Source: Octopus bimaculoides (lineage: Eukaryota). Taken from it: 64,000 bases of DNA. How positions within the stretch are numbered: position 1 is the stretch's first letter; every line of letters starts with the position of its first letter. This document shows positions 38,518-52,279 of the stretch, piece by piece. Position numbers and translations under genes: made by a program. The notes under the pieces were generated by a model that saw only the letters and a list, made by a program, of their open reading frames with translations, was not told the origin of the DNA and did not search any database. The DNA is taken from NCBI RefSeq assembly GCF_001194135.2, contig NC_068982.1, positions 35,414,744 through 35,478,743 on the forward strand, read 5' to 3'.

Positions 38518-38762
38518 NNNNNNNNNNNNNNNNNNNNNNNNNNNNNNNNNNNNNNNNNNNNNNNNNNNNNNNNNNNNNNNNNNNNNNNNNNNNNNNNNNN
38601 NNNNNNNNNNNNNNNNNNNNNNNNNNNNNNNNNNNNNNNNNNNNNNNNNNNNNNNNNNNNNNNNNNNNNNNNNNNNCAATCTAATTTGGCAGAGTTTCTA
38701 CAGCTGGATGCCCTTCCTAAATTCGTTATTTCTAATTTTTGTTACCAGTGAATAGTATTTCA

Positions 38763-38800
<38 letters not shown>

Positions 38801-38808
<8 letters not shown>

Positions 38809-38985
38809 AATAATAAGGTACTCAGATATCTGGATGGTTGTACATTTACAGATTTTTATTAATATGTCACATGTTTTTATAAATTAGCGCTTGCATCTAT
38901 TCTTGTAGATTCTCCAGAGAATCTACAAGAATAGATGCAACCATCCAGATATTATTATTATCATTATTATTATTATTTTTTCTAA
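38801..38985. repeat. Asymmetric fold-back containing a perfect 24 bp hairpin (38891-38940)
   Basis: ttgcatctattcttgtagattctc-ca-gagaatctacaagaatagatgcaa, plus outer arms atatctggatggttg/caaccatccagatat. Confidence 0.9.
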
Positions 38986-39268
38986 TATATAATTCCTGTA
39001 CATCACCTCCAAACTTTCTGATATATATATACACACACAGTTGACATCATATCATAAAGATTTATAAACTTTTTAAAAAGAATGTGAAATAATTCTTTTC
39101 TAGAATGTTGAAGCCCACTTAAAGATATAAAATAAGATGTAAAACTGGGATGCAGAACCCTTTTGAGATAGAAAAAGGGCTGCCTTCAACATTTTCTAGC
39201 CAAAAAGGGTTTTTCAACCCAATTTCACATAGTATAATCTGTCACTTTATGTATGCTTTCAGATCCTT

Positions 39269-39303
<35 letters not shown>

Positions 39304-39633
39304 TTCTCTATTTATAAAATGGTCCTTGTAACTAGCCAAAGGAAGTTTTATATTTCATTATCCAAGCCAAATTAGCTTATAGTGCTAGAAGTTTTCTCTT
39401 TTCTCTAACGTTAAGCAGACTAGTAACTTTTCTATGAATGAGACAATAATTTATTGTTATTCTGACATAATTTTGGCATGATTTCAATTGAAGACTGTGA
39501 CATGAAAAGATTCAGTTTGTTCAGCACATCAATCTCAAATTATTTTCTTTGACATATATATATATATATGATAATGGTACAACAATGCACCAATATATGT
39601 ATGCTTGTATGTATGAATGTAGATGAATGAATC

Positions 39634-39674
<41 letters not shown>

Positions 39675-39812
39675 ATGTATATATGTGTCTATGTATATAT
39701 GTATGTATATATATATATAATATACATATATATATTTACATATATGCACACATAAACACATACACACCTACACATATACATACACATACATATACATGCA
39801 CATACATATATA

Positions 39813-39847
<35 letters not shown>

Positions 39848-41420
39848 AAATATTTTCTTTCATTTTCTAATCAATCTGGTGCTTATTTTAAATCAAGGCT
39901 AGAAGAATAAATGTTTCAGTCACTTAGCTAGTAATTGATTCTCACTCCAAACAAAAAGTTCTGAATTTATTCCAACACCATTGTTAACTTGCACCGTTTT
40001 TCTGTAAATCATTGGCATGGCCGTGTGGTAAAGGAGCTCACTTTGTAATGATGTAATGTGGGGTTCAGTACAACTGCTCAGCACTTTGAGCAGGTGTATT
40101 CTATTATGACCCCAGGTGGACTGACACCTTTGTTAATTTGGCTGATAAAAATTGTGTGGATGTCTATCATATTAACCTCTATCTAACACAAGGATGCTCC
40201 ATATCTTCACCCCCTCTTCAGGTTTGGTAGACTTGCAAGCTGTATAGCAACCTCAAAAGTACCAGTTGCCCCAGAAGAAGCACCCAGTAACACACTGTAA
40301 AAGGGTTAGTTTTAGGATGAGCCTCAGGCCACAGAAACCATGCCAAAGCAGACACTGGTGCATGGTACAGTTCTTGGAATCATTTGATCCTTGTTAAATT
40401 GTCTGACCCATGCCAGCATGGGACATGGACATGAAATGATGATGGTGAGGTTGATGATTATGTATATGTGTGTATGCATTTGATTTTCTCTACCCCACTA
40501 CCTGACACCCAGTGTTGGTTTGCTTACATCCCTATAATTTAGCAGTTCAACCAAAGAGATCAATAAAATAAGCGTCAGACTTAAAAAATAAGTAGTGAAG
40601 TTTATGTTTTTCTACAAAGCCTTTCAAGGCAGTACCCCAGCATGGCAACAGTCCAGTGACTGATATAAATAAAGAAGAGCAAAAATATAGGCCTGAATCA
40701 CATTATTTCAAAAATCAATCACTCTGCATCATTTCCTTTTACAATATTTTATAAATGCAAGGCGGCAAGTTAGCAGAAACATTAGCAAGCTGGGTGAAAA
40801 AGGCAGCTGCTGGCAGAAATGTTAGCATGCTGGGTAAAGTGCTTGGCGATATTTCGTCTGTCTTTACATTCTGAGTTCAAATTCCGCCAAAGTGGACTTG
40901 CCTTTCATCTTTTCTGGGTCGATAAATTAAGTACCAGTTGCATACTGGGGTTGATCTAATCGACTGGCCCCCTCGCAAAAAATTTCAGGTCTTGTGCCTA
41001 GAGTAGAAAAGAATATTTTATAAATGCCATGCATATCAAAATTGCAATTTATTATATATAGAATATCTATGTATCCCTGCAAGACACTTGTTTCTGTTCC
41101 TCTATTATACTTTAATCTTCCTTCACCTAGTACAAAGCCACCATTGTTTTTTTTTTTTCACAGATATAGAGGTGGTGTGGGGTGGGGAGAGGGGCTGTTC
41201 TCCTACTGAATGGGCTATGAACCCATGAAGCATGTCAGGACATTTTTTTACTTTCCACTTATAAAGAGAATAACAAAATGTATTTACATCTGATAAAGTC
41301 CAACTGTAAAAAGTTTTTAAAACTGTGGTTTAACTAGAAATTTACCCAGTTTTATGCATACGTATTTATTTCCCATGCACACAAATGTATATGTGTATAT
41401 TTATATATACATATTTGTGC

Positions 41421-41455
<35 letters not shown>

Positions 41456-41793
41456 CGTTTCTGAATTATGAGATGTGGTTCCGATTAATCCTTCTCCAAT
41501 CTCTTTCTATGTTTGGCTTTAGATTTATTGATTAAGTAAATCGTAGTTTTTAATCCCAGCAGTTTACACTTATGTCTGAGATTAAAGACAAAATAGAAAA
41601 TTAATCTGTGTTAATGGCTGCAGATGGCATATCTAAGTAGCTGAAATAGTGTCTATCATCTAGATTATAAAAAGTATGTTTTTCATGGGCACTATCTATC
41701 TCTCTCTCTCTCTCTCTCTCTCCTCTCTTTCTCTCTTCCCTCTCTCTCTCTCCTCTCTTTCTCTCTTCTCTCTCTCTCTCTCTCTGTCTCACC

Positions 41794-41830
<37 letters not shown>

Positions 41831-41882
41831 TTTATATATATATGCATGTATATGAGTTTCAAGTATCAAGACATATACATAC

Positions 41883-41978
41883 ATCACAGGATACATCAAA
41901 GTTAATCTTAGCAGGATATTTTCCGTCAGTAGTTCACTCAACAAATGTTCATATGAATTATTTGTGGCCAGATGAAAA
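41883..41978 (-). CDS. Weaker candidate exon (96 nt, phase 2-2): FHLATNNSYEHLLSELLTENILLRLTLMYPV
   Basis: Acceptor aaacttctttactag|, donor GAT|gtatgt, single open frame, unique sequence. Confidence 0.4.
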
Positions 41979-42439
41979 CTAGTAAAGAAGTTTTATTTAT
42001 ATATGTGTGTGTGTGCAGGCATGGCTGTGTGGTTTGGGGTTCAGTCCTACTGCATGGTACCTTTGACAAGTGTCTTTACTATAACATCAGGCTGACCAAA
42101 GCCTTGTGAGTTTATTTAGGTAGGTGGAAGCTACAAGAAGCCTGTCATATATATATGCATATGTGTGTGTGTGTTTGTGTTTGTCCCTACCACCACTTGA
42201 CAACCGGTAACTTAGCAGTTTGGCAAAACAGATTGATAGAATAAGTACCAGGCTTAAAAAAACTAAGTGCTGAGGTTGATTCATTCGACTAAAAATTCTC
42301 CAAGGCAGTGTCCCAGTATGGTTGAAATAAGTAAAATATAAAAAGATCTACTATAATGTGTTTTTCTCCATCACAACAAATAAATGAGAAAGGAAGGGAT
42401 GATAGATGAATAAAGAAGGAAGGAAGGATTGATGGCAAA

Positions 42440-42549
42440 CTGGTAATGGGATGATGCAAATTCTATAGTGGAATCAAAAATCAAACAGTGTTTCAACTCT
42501 GTGTGAGTGTATGTGTGTGTATGTAAAACAAAGCATGTGAATGTTTGTG

Positions 42550-42582
<33 letters not shown>

Positions 42583-42710
42583 AATGGAAGTGGGATGGTG
42601 AATATTCAACGCTAAAAAGAAAAATCAAACAGCATTTCAACTCTGTGTGAGTATATGTGTGTATGTATGTGCATGTACAAGGGAAGTATGTGAATGTTTT
42701 TATGTGTGAA
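42440..42710. repeat. Degenerate tandem duplication, ~145 bp period
   Basis: aaaatcaaacag..tttcaactctgtgtgagt..atgtgtgt...atgtgaatgttt at 42477 and 42621. Confidence 0.8.
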
Positions 42711-42900
42711 CCAGGGTTCTTTCAGTAACAAACAGTGATTGATGTCACATCTCAAAAGACAACCACTAGATAACATTGACAAGTGTATTAATTTGATTTA
42801 CCATCAATATTCTATCTGCAGTTGAAAGATATATTTTAATTTGGTATTTTAAATTTGGTAATAAAAGAATTATTAAACTAAAAACTTGGTTTTGTACCTT

Positions 42901-43266
42901 ATTACCTCTGCCTTAGCGAAGGCGGAGGTATTGTATTCAGTCATGTCTGTTTGTTTGTCTGTGGACAAGATATCTCAAGGACCACAGCATGGATTTGAAT
43001 GAAACTTTCAGGGATGTTTGGCCTCATGACTTGCATGAAGTGATTAGGTTTTGGAATCGATCCCATACTGGACAAGGATTCTGGATTATTTTTCCTGTTT
43101 ATTTACTTAATTTTTGAGAGCAGTTGGGTTCGTTTTTAGTATTCTTGTTTGTGAGAGCAGTTGAGTTTATTTCAGATATTCTCAGTTTAAAAATCATCTT
43201 TGGCTAATCATTGAAAGGACATTGGTGTTGCCTTGGTGGAGGTTTGCACTTTCTGAATGCTCTTGT
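42901..43266 (+). mobile_element. Non-autonomous Helentron-associated element (HINE/DINE-1-like)
   Basis: 5' palindrome ATTACCTCTGCCTT-agcg-AAGGCGGAGGTATT, short ctgtttgtttgtctgt tract, 3' subTIR ttggtggaggt, terminal stem-loop gcactttctgaatgc, T-rich flanks. Confidence 0.8.
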
Positions 43267-44761
43267 TTATATATAAAATACTATAATTAGTCTTAATTGT
43301 TGATGGCACAGGGCCAGCTAGTATATATAATAATATTGAACAGTGAAAATGAGTGCACACCACTGCATTTCATGGATAAATATTCTTTATTTGTGGATTA
43401 ATAAGGCAACCGATGGTTTTATGTGGAAATAGTTTCCATAATTTTCAAGTGATCCTCTTAAAAATTATGATTATCACCTCCATTTTGGATGATAAAACAT
43501 GAGACCATGTAAAAGGAATACACAGATGAGAAGAAGCAACATTATATGTATGTATGTATGATTTTTTCTTAGAGTTTTATTTAAGTTCTTCTTGAGAAAG
43601 TTCAACCAGTCACTAACAAAGTGACAAGGCTTGTTAAGAGAGTTCATGGTGTTTGTAAAAATGTGGTTGAGTTGGTGTGTTAGTTTGTCTATGTATGTAT
43701 GTGTGCATGCATGTAGTGAGTGTGCATGTGTAAATCACCTGCACCTTTGATACTTTCAAAACCATGCGGAATAAGGGATCCTTTATTTGAGAAACAGATA
43801 AGGATTAGCAACAAGAAGGGGAGTCAACTGTAAAACAATTCCACAATAACATTCATCTAAGCCATGCTAACATGGAAAAAATAAATACCAGATGTAAAAC
43901 AAACGAGCAGAATCAAACACAAACTAAAACATTGTTTCAGTAATGGCTAATTTGCATATGCATTTTTAACAACACGGTTAAATAACTAATGAATATTCAT
44001 GCAAAACCATGTGCATTTGAAAGTGTAAGATAAACTAATAAACATAATCTTTTGTCCATTCAAATGTACATATACCTATTTATAGTAGATTACACTTTTG
44101 ATCTTTTACACTTCTGTGAAAATACTGGGGATTTTTTTTAGCTTGATTTTGCAACTATCACTCCAGTTGTAATTCCAGTGAAGTAACATTAAAATAAACA
44201 ACTTCTTATATTGGCTACATGTTATAATTATGTTATTCTGTACACTCAGTTGTCAAATGTTTGGGTTAGACTTCTTTTCCTTTGATCTTTTACTTGTTTC
44301 ACTCATTGGACTGCAGCCATGTTGGAGCACCACTTTTAAGGGTTTTAGTTGAACAAATTCTCCCTGTACTTTTTGGTTTGCTTTTTAATTTGATACTTAT
44401 TCTATCAACCTCTTTTACTGAACTGGTAGGTTATGGGACATAACTGGTACATAAACAAACCAACTCTGGTTGGCAGATGGTGGGGAGAGTAGGCGACAAA
44501 CACATAGGCACACACATGCATACACACACACATACACACATGTACACAATCACACTCATACATGCATGTATGTGTGTATATATATATATATATATTATAT
44601 TATATATATATATATATNNNNNNNNNNNNNNNNNNNNNNNNNNNNNNNNNNNNNNNNNNNNNNNNNNNNNNNNNNNNNNNNNNNNNNNNNNNNNNNNNNN
44701 NNNNNNNNNNNNNNNNNNNNNNNNNNNNNNNNNNNNNNNNNNNNNNNNNNNNNNNNNNATA

Positions 44762-45055
44762 TGTAGTAACGCCTGCGCATGCGTAGTCTTACGCATGCGT
44801 AGAATTAAACAAGCAAGCGTTTCCCGCTCAATTCATTCTCTTTCTCGCTGGCCAGCGATTGAGCAAGGACGTGTGTTTAAAGCTGTCTCTACATCTTTCG
44901 GTCTTATACTCGACAGCTCGTTATTCTCACCTCTAAAGATGTATAACTAAAGATATGTATGTTTATCACCTAAATAAATGTTGTTTGAGTTGTTTAGTCT
45001 GGAGTTCAGCGTTCTGTCTATTTCTTTAATTTTATAGTAGAAAGTCAGGTATACA
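44762..45055 (+). mobile_element. Probable solo LTR (294 bp)
   Basis: TGTA...TACA termini, AATAAA at 44973 about 80 bp before the end, CpG-rich relative to flanks. TSD cannot be confirmed because the left flank abuts an N-gap. Confidence 0.55.
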
Positions 45056-45547
45056 ATCTAAAGATGTATAACCCACTTTCTACTAAATATATATATATAT
45101 ACTTTATGGGCTTTCACAGAGTTTCAATCAACCAAATTCTTTCACAAAGCATTGATGAGCCCAAAGGTATAGTAGAAGGCACTTGCTCAAGGTGTCATAT
45201 TGAGGAGATTGAACCTGAAGCCACATTACTGCAAGGCAAACTTCTTAACCTAACAGCCATGCTTGCACTTCTGTGTATAAAATAACTTTTTCTGCAATCA
45301 GCTGTCACTATTTACTGCACCTGTAATGCATCTAACATAGCAGTGCAGTGAAATAACCATCTTACAGTTACATTAAATAGAATTCATAATGATTCCATAT
45401 GCCATGTTGGTTAGATTTTTCTCTGCCCTGAAATTCACTTCCATCACCTGTGACATTTTTTTCAGCTTCCTTGACATCTCCGTCATAAGCTACAGCAACA
45501 AGCTTTCAACTTTTATACATTACAAACCTATAAAGACTCATTTCTAC

Positions 45548-45579
<32 letters not shown>

Positions 45580-45691
45580 TAGTTTTATTTTTTATAACGT
45601 GCTTTCACTTCACTACCGAGCGCAGCTCTGTGCGCCTTGGGTATGTGCTGTGGTTTGCTGTGGTGCTCTTATGTTTACTGTATTGAAAGTG

Positions 45692-45722
<31 letters not shown>

Positions 45723-46343
45723 CATCATCATTATCGTTATTATTAGTGAGGGCCCATGGCTTAGTAGGGTGTTGCACTTGGAATCTAGCAATCATGATTT
45801 CAATTCCTGGACTGGGTGGCACGTTGTGTTCTCGAACAAAAAACACTTCTTCATCTCATGTTGTTCTGTGGTCACTTTAACAGCTGACACATTGTACCCC
45901 ATGCTCCTGTTCAGACAATGTCGATTTAATGGAGGGTGTGAGTTAATGTGCAGCATCACTATAAAGAAATCATCTGTGCAGGTTGTTCGGCAAAAGCTTA
46001 ACACTCATACATTGTCTTTGATGGGAGAGTCCATCACGATTATTATTTTTAGGGTAGTAAGCTGGCAGAATCATTGGAGCATTGAACACAATGCTTGGAA
46101 GCATTTCATTCAGCTCTTTCTGTTCTGAATATTCAAATCATGCCAAGGTCAGTTTTGTTTTTCATCCTTTCGGGACTGATATAATAAGGACTGAGATCAA
46201 TGTAATCAATTTGCCCCAGTATACTCCTAAAGTTGCTGGCCTTGTGCCAAAATTTGAAACAATAGCAGTGAGCTGGTAGAATTGCTAGCATGCTGGACAA
46301 AATACTTAGCAGCTCTACTTCTAGCCTTACGTTCTGAGTTCAG

Positions 46344-46581
46344 TTTCTTATTTCTTTATTGCCCACAAGGGGCTAAACATAGAGGGAACAAACAAGGACA
46401 GGCAATGGGATTAAGTTGATTACATCGACCCCAGTGCGTAACTGGTTCTTAATTCATCGACTCCGAAAGGATGAAAGGCAAAGTCGACCTCGGCAGAATT
46501 TGAACTCAGAATGTAAAGACAGACGAAATACTGCTAAGCATTTCGCCTGACATGCTAACAATTCTGCCAGCTCGCTGCCTT
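46344..46581 (-). mobile_element. Full-length young S2 SINE inserted into another S2 copy, 12 bp TSD
   Basis: gttctgagttca at 46331-42 and 46584-95 flanks the element. Confidence 0.9.
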
Positions 46582-46932
46582 GAGTTCTGAGTTCAATTTC
46601 TGCCAAGGCCAACTTTGACTTCCTTCCATTTGAGGTCAACATGTTGAGCACTGAAGTTGATATTATTGACTAGCTGTCTCCCTACAAATTTCAAGCTTTT
46701 GCCTATAGTAGAACGAGTTAATATCATTATGAGGGCAGTGGTTTGACAAAGTTGTTACACTGGACAAAATGCTTTGTGGTATTTGTTCCAGATCTTTACA
46801 TTCTTTGTTCTTGTCCCATTAAGGTGAACTTTGCCTTTCATCACTATAGGGTTAATAAAAGGAAGCTATCAGTCAAGTACTAGAGTCAGTTTTAACCCTC
46901 CACATAACACGTGAACTGATTCTATTTTACAA

Positions 46933-46979
<47 letters not shown>

Positions 46980-47548
46980 TTTGCTTTTTTTATGCTGACC
47001 ACATACCCTAGCGGGGTCTTTGTGGAACCAGAGTACAGATTGATCATTTGTTAATAGGCAACAATCCCAGCTGTAGATATGAAAATGCAGACCAACTGAG
47101 TGGATAGTTTATTGGACTACCAGCTCAAAAGGTTATGAGCTCATATCAACTGCACATATTTCATAGTACTTTTCTAACAGTTGGGAACTACTACTATATC
47201 TTTCTGAGAATATTATTTATGACATTGTGGTGTTCTATTCAAGGGAACAATCATTGTAATTGTATGGAGCTAAATATTGCCTATTGTTAAATCGCATGAC
47301 TCATGCCTTGGTCTATTAAATTTTCAACTATTACATCATCCACAAATATTGGCTGAGCCATTGCACTTGTAATAATACAAGATATCAGTTCAACCCTTTA
47401 TTCAAATTTGAACCCCCTTGTCAAATCATTACTAGAAATATATTTAATCAAAATCCCAGTTTTTTAAGGCTTAGTCAGAAGGACAGTAACTGTGGCCCTT
47501 TACAGAGATTCTGGGAATGGTGGAAGGAAGGGAGGTAGTTATCCTTAC

Positions 47549-47685
47549 AATAACCACCTTGCTTGAATTCTTGTAACAGGGTACACTTCATTTAAAGGTA
47601 CCCCTGGCTGGATGGAATTTCTTACACTAGACAATGGACTAAGTTTGCCACCCGAAACTTTTTCAACTATTGGCTGATTTCCTGT
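47549..47685 (-). CDS. Weaker candidate exon (137 nt, phase 0-2): TGNQPIVEKVSGGKLSPLSSVRNSIQPGVPLNEVYPVTRIQARWL
   Basis: Acceptor tgtttacagatag|, donor ATT|gtaagg, 45 open codons. The phase 2 end fits 41978. Confidence 0.3.
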
Positions 47686-47909
47686 CTATCTGTAAACAGA
47701 TGTTAAGCTTTGATAAATTCATTTATGTTTATTTTGTCATCTAATGCCAACAAACACATTTTGATCTTTGTTTTAAGTCCAGAGATTGTCTTTGATAGCT
47801 TGTAATATTTTTAACTTTTTAAAAATATTTGACTTGTGTGTGTTCATGTTTGTGGAAATTACATTTATTCATATAATGAGGAATAATATTTTTTTACTTC
47901 TCTTTTATA

Positions 47910-48123
47910 TGAGTGGGTGCTGAAAAGTTCCTGGCTTTGAGTAAAAACAATACAGAAAGATCAGTTAATTATGATTTTATTCGACATATTCCCCTCTCAG
48001 ATTCACATATTTATTGCAGCAGTCCTTCAGTTTTTCTAAGCCCTGTAACAGAATATGGAAGGTTGAGCCTCCAATTAGGCTTTTCGTGATACCCTTAAGG
48101 CTAGGAACTTTTCAGCACCTCCT
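47910..48123 (-). mobile_element. Mariner-derived MITE, same family as 23009-23227, opposite orientation
   Basis: TIRs GGTGCTGAAAAGTTCCTGGC and GCTAGGAACTTTTCAGCACC; the internal sequence is the reverse complement of the 23009 copy. Confidence 0.85.
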
Positions 48124-48611
48124 TATAAGTTACCACACTTTTATTATCATTTACTTTCCTTCTTTCACGTCTTTAACTCTTTCAAAGCTATTATACAGAT
48201 GAGCAGGAGACTGCCCATGTGTTTCAGTTAGTTTCCAGTATAATCAAGATTTCAAATAGGGTTTCATGAAATACCTAGCTCTATGCATTAGTAAGACCCG
48301 TCCTCCACAGCAGAAACGTTAATGCCACTCTCCCTGATGAAGTGGATTGTCCTGCAAGAGCCCTGTGCTGGTGCCACATAAAAACCACTCATGCTGGTGC
48401 CATGTAAAGGTGCTTATGCCAGAGTCATGATAAAAGCACCCATCAAAAACTGTAAAGTGGTTGGCATTAGGAAGGGCATCCAGCCTGTAGAAACAAAGTC
48501 AAATCAGACTGAAACCTGGTGCAGCTCTCCTGCTTGTCAGCTCTGGTCAAACTGTGCAATTCATGCAAGTATGGAAAACAGACATTAAAGGATCATAATG
48601 ATGATGATGAT

Positions 48612-48644
<33 letters not shown>

Positions 48645-49283
48645 GTGTGTGTGTGTGTGTGTATGTGTGCGTGTTTTCTCCTTGCAATGACTATCATTGC
48701 TTGATAGTTGTGAGTGTCACCATCATGCAAGCGATGTCATTCATTTCAAATCTTCCATGAAAACATATCCAGCCAAGGATAAATTGTACTTTACTTGGAA
48801 ACTGGTGAATGTTGGTAACAGGAAAGGCCTCCAGCCATAGAAACACTCCTTCAACAAATCCATCTGATTTCATGCAAGCAGGGGAAAGTAGATGTCAAAA
48901 TAATGATGACGGTGATAATGACATTAGTAGAAGGGTTTCTTAGGATGGTTAGTACTAGAATGATTTTAAATATAATCTTTTGAGTTTTTTTTTTTATCTT
49001 ACTACAAGTTCATTTAAGTAAAAGATATATTATAGTGGAGGATAATTGAAGCTGACTAAACTCTGTCAAATTATGGATATATATATTATCACAAGTACCA
49101 TCATTTTATTCTGGCAAAGAACCATAATCTGTGCTGTTTCAGACTAGCTGGTTTTACTTTTAGTATTAAGTTCCCAACATCAGCAAATACTTTGTTTTTA
49201 TTCTTAAAATTCCTTTAAAATAACATTCCTCAAATTAACCTTTATATTTTATTGCCTTCATAATGCATACACATGCACACACA

Positions 49284-49384
<101 letters not shown>

Positions 49385-49548
49385 GACAAACTTCTTTCAG
49401 TTTCTATCTACCAAATCCATTCACAAAATTTTGGTCAACCCATGGCTATAATACAAGACACTTGCCCAAGGTGCCACACTGCAGGGACGAACCCAAACTA
49501 TGTGGTTGAGAAGCAAACGTTTTACCACATAGCTATGCCAGCACCTAT

Positions 49549-49581
<33 letters not shown>

Positions 49582-51396
49582 TGCACACACACACACTTGC
49601 ACACACACACACACACACACACACAACATACATACACATAGACATAGTACAACTTACATCATTTCTAGTTAGATTTTTTTAGACTTTAAATCACTTTTTT
49701 TAAGAAATTAATAGCAAAAATAAACCTCAACTTCACTCAATTTATCTGACTATGTCAATCTCAGTGAACATATTTAAAAATAAAAATTAAAAAGACACCT
49801 AAATACCAATACTGAGGTGGAAAATCAAATGAAATACATGTGAAAATATGTATAAAACCATTTATTAAAATGGATATAATTAATAAATTTTTTTAATGTT
49901 TTGACATGTCACATTGTTTTCTGAGATAACCTGCATATCTCAGAACTAATTACTGACTTAAATTGACATATACGTGTTTATATATATCTGGAGCACTACC
50001 TTTAGTCAAACAAATCAACCTCAGGACTTATTCTTTTTAAGCCCAGTACTTTATTTTATTAGTCACTTTTGCTGAACCGCTAAGTTACAGAGACGAAAAC
50101 ACACCAACATCAGTTGTCAAGCGATGGTGGGGAGACAAAGGTAGACACAAATACATAATACATACATACACCCACACACACATATATGTATATATACGAC
50201 AGGCTTCTTTCAGTTTCCATCTACCAAATCCACTCACAAGACTTTGGTCAACCTGAGGCTATAGTTGAAGACACTTGCTCAAATGAAATATACATATATA
50301 TGTAAATATATATATTATCATCATTATCATCATCATCATCATCATCTTTCTCATTTTAGCATCTACTTTTCCATGCTTGCATGGGTCAGACAGCATTTGT
50401 TGAGGCAGATTTTCTACAGTTGGATGCCATCCTGCCACAAACCCTTATCTTTTTCCAAACACAGCAATATTTACCCACCATGGTCAGACATGTTTTCATG
50501 GAAAATTGGAAATGGACTCTGCTTGTATGATGGTGGCATTTGTTTACAACGATCATGTGATGGCAAGACAAAGAAACACAAATACACTTACACCGACAAT
50601 GGGTCAAGCTAAATTTGTCACAAGCTCAGAAGGAAAAAAAGAACAGTTGTAAGCTTCCATATATGTCTTCTTCAGGACTTATATGGAGAACACCAGAATT
50701 TGTAGAAATAAACAACCCTTACTAATATGCTAAATGAGGATTATGCTTCTTTTTTTTATATATATAACAGATCACCTATCTAGTATTATGGTAATACCAT
50801 ACCCTCTGTAATTAATCATACCCAATTTGTGACAATGCAACTTATCTGTCAGATATTTTATCTATTACATCCTGTAATTTTAAGACTTCAAAAACAACTT
50901 TTGTTGTCTGCAGTATATGCAAAATACACATATGCAGTATGGTTATATGCACACTTAAACTTATCTTTGTGTACTGTCATCATAGTTTTGAATTAACATA
51001 TTTTAATTTTCTATGCCTTAGATCAGTGTTTCTCAGTCATTTTAACTTCAAAGCGCTTTGGAAATCAAACAATAAATTACTGTTATGCTCTGTGTGGGAA
51101 GTTGTGAAAATTAAAGTATTTAAAAGCTGTAGAAAACTATTGTTTGCTTTGATTTGTTCTCAGGTGCAGATTTGGCTGTGCAGTTAAGAAGTTCATTTCC
51201 TAACCACATGGCTTCAGATTCAGTCCCACCATATTGCCTACTTGCTCACCTTGAGCAAGTATTGCCAGCTCTTTAACTATAAAACCTAGCTGAACAAAAC
51301 CTTGTAAGTGAATTTTGTAGATGGAAACTGAAAGAAGCCTGCTACGTGCCTCTCTGTGTGTGTGTGTGTGTGTGTGTGTATGATGTGTAATATATA

Positions 51397-51642
51397 CAGG
51401 ATTGGCCAAAAGTCACCCGACAGTAAATCAAAATTCCATAAATACTTAATATTCAATTTTATTTATTCATTCCAATTACGAATGTTTGATGATTGAATGC
51501 TGTAAGTTAAAAATCATGGGTTTTTTTTTCTTTCAGCATTTGTCTATTTATTAGCAAAATCTCATATAAAATAATTTTTTGTTTTAATCTTGGAATTGAA
51601 GTGGTTTTGATTTACTGTCTGGTGACTTTTGGCCAACCCATG
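51397..51642. mobile_element. Tc1-like MITE with ~37 bp TIRs
   Basis: CAGGATTGGCCAAAAGTCACCCGACAGTAAATCAAAA versus TTTTGATTTACTGTCTGGTGACTTTTGGCCAACCC; TA at the left flank. Confidence 0.85.
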
Positions 51643-51673
51643 GCTGCATGGTAAGACGCTTGCNNNNNNNNNN

Positions 51674-51742
<69 letters not shown>

Positions 51743-52279
51743 CTTTGTTTGTTCCCCTCATCACTGCTTGACTACCAGTGTTGGTGTGTTTATGTCCCCA
51801 TAACTTAGCAGTTCAACAAAAGAGACCAATAGAATAAGTACTAGGCTTTAAAAGAAATTAGACCTGGGGTCAATTTGTTTGACTAAAACGCTTCAAGGTG
51901 GTGCTCCAGCATGGCCACAGTCAGATGACTGAAACAAAAAAATAAAAGAACACATACGCACTCACATACATATATATGTGTGTGTTTGTGCACATGCATC
52001 TATATGCATGAATTTGTTTACTCTTCAGTGTACAAAAGTTACAAGCTATGAACAGTGCTGTTGTCACTTCTCCCATCAACAAATTGGCTGCACATTTCAT
52101 GCTTTCTCAGACAAGTGAAATAAGAGATCCCTTATTTAGAATACAGGCAAGGATTAGTGACAAAAAAGGCATCTGGTTGTAAAGCAATACCTCAATAATA
52201 TATTAATCTAACCCATGCTAGCAAGGAAAAAAAATAAACATAAGATAAATGGACAAATATGTATACATGACAAAATTCA

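Noticed and set aside
36480-45489. Other minus-strand acceptors (36577, 38063, 39464 region, 45489-45448) and the one at 4211
   Set aside because: Early stops, weak donors or ambiguous frames; cannot be placed in the chain without RNA data.
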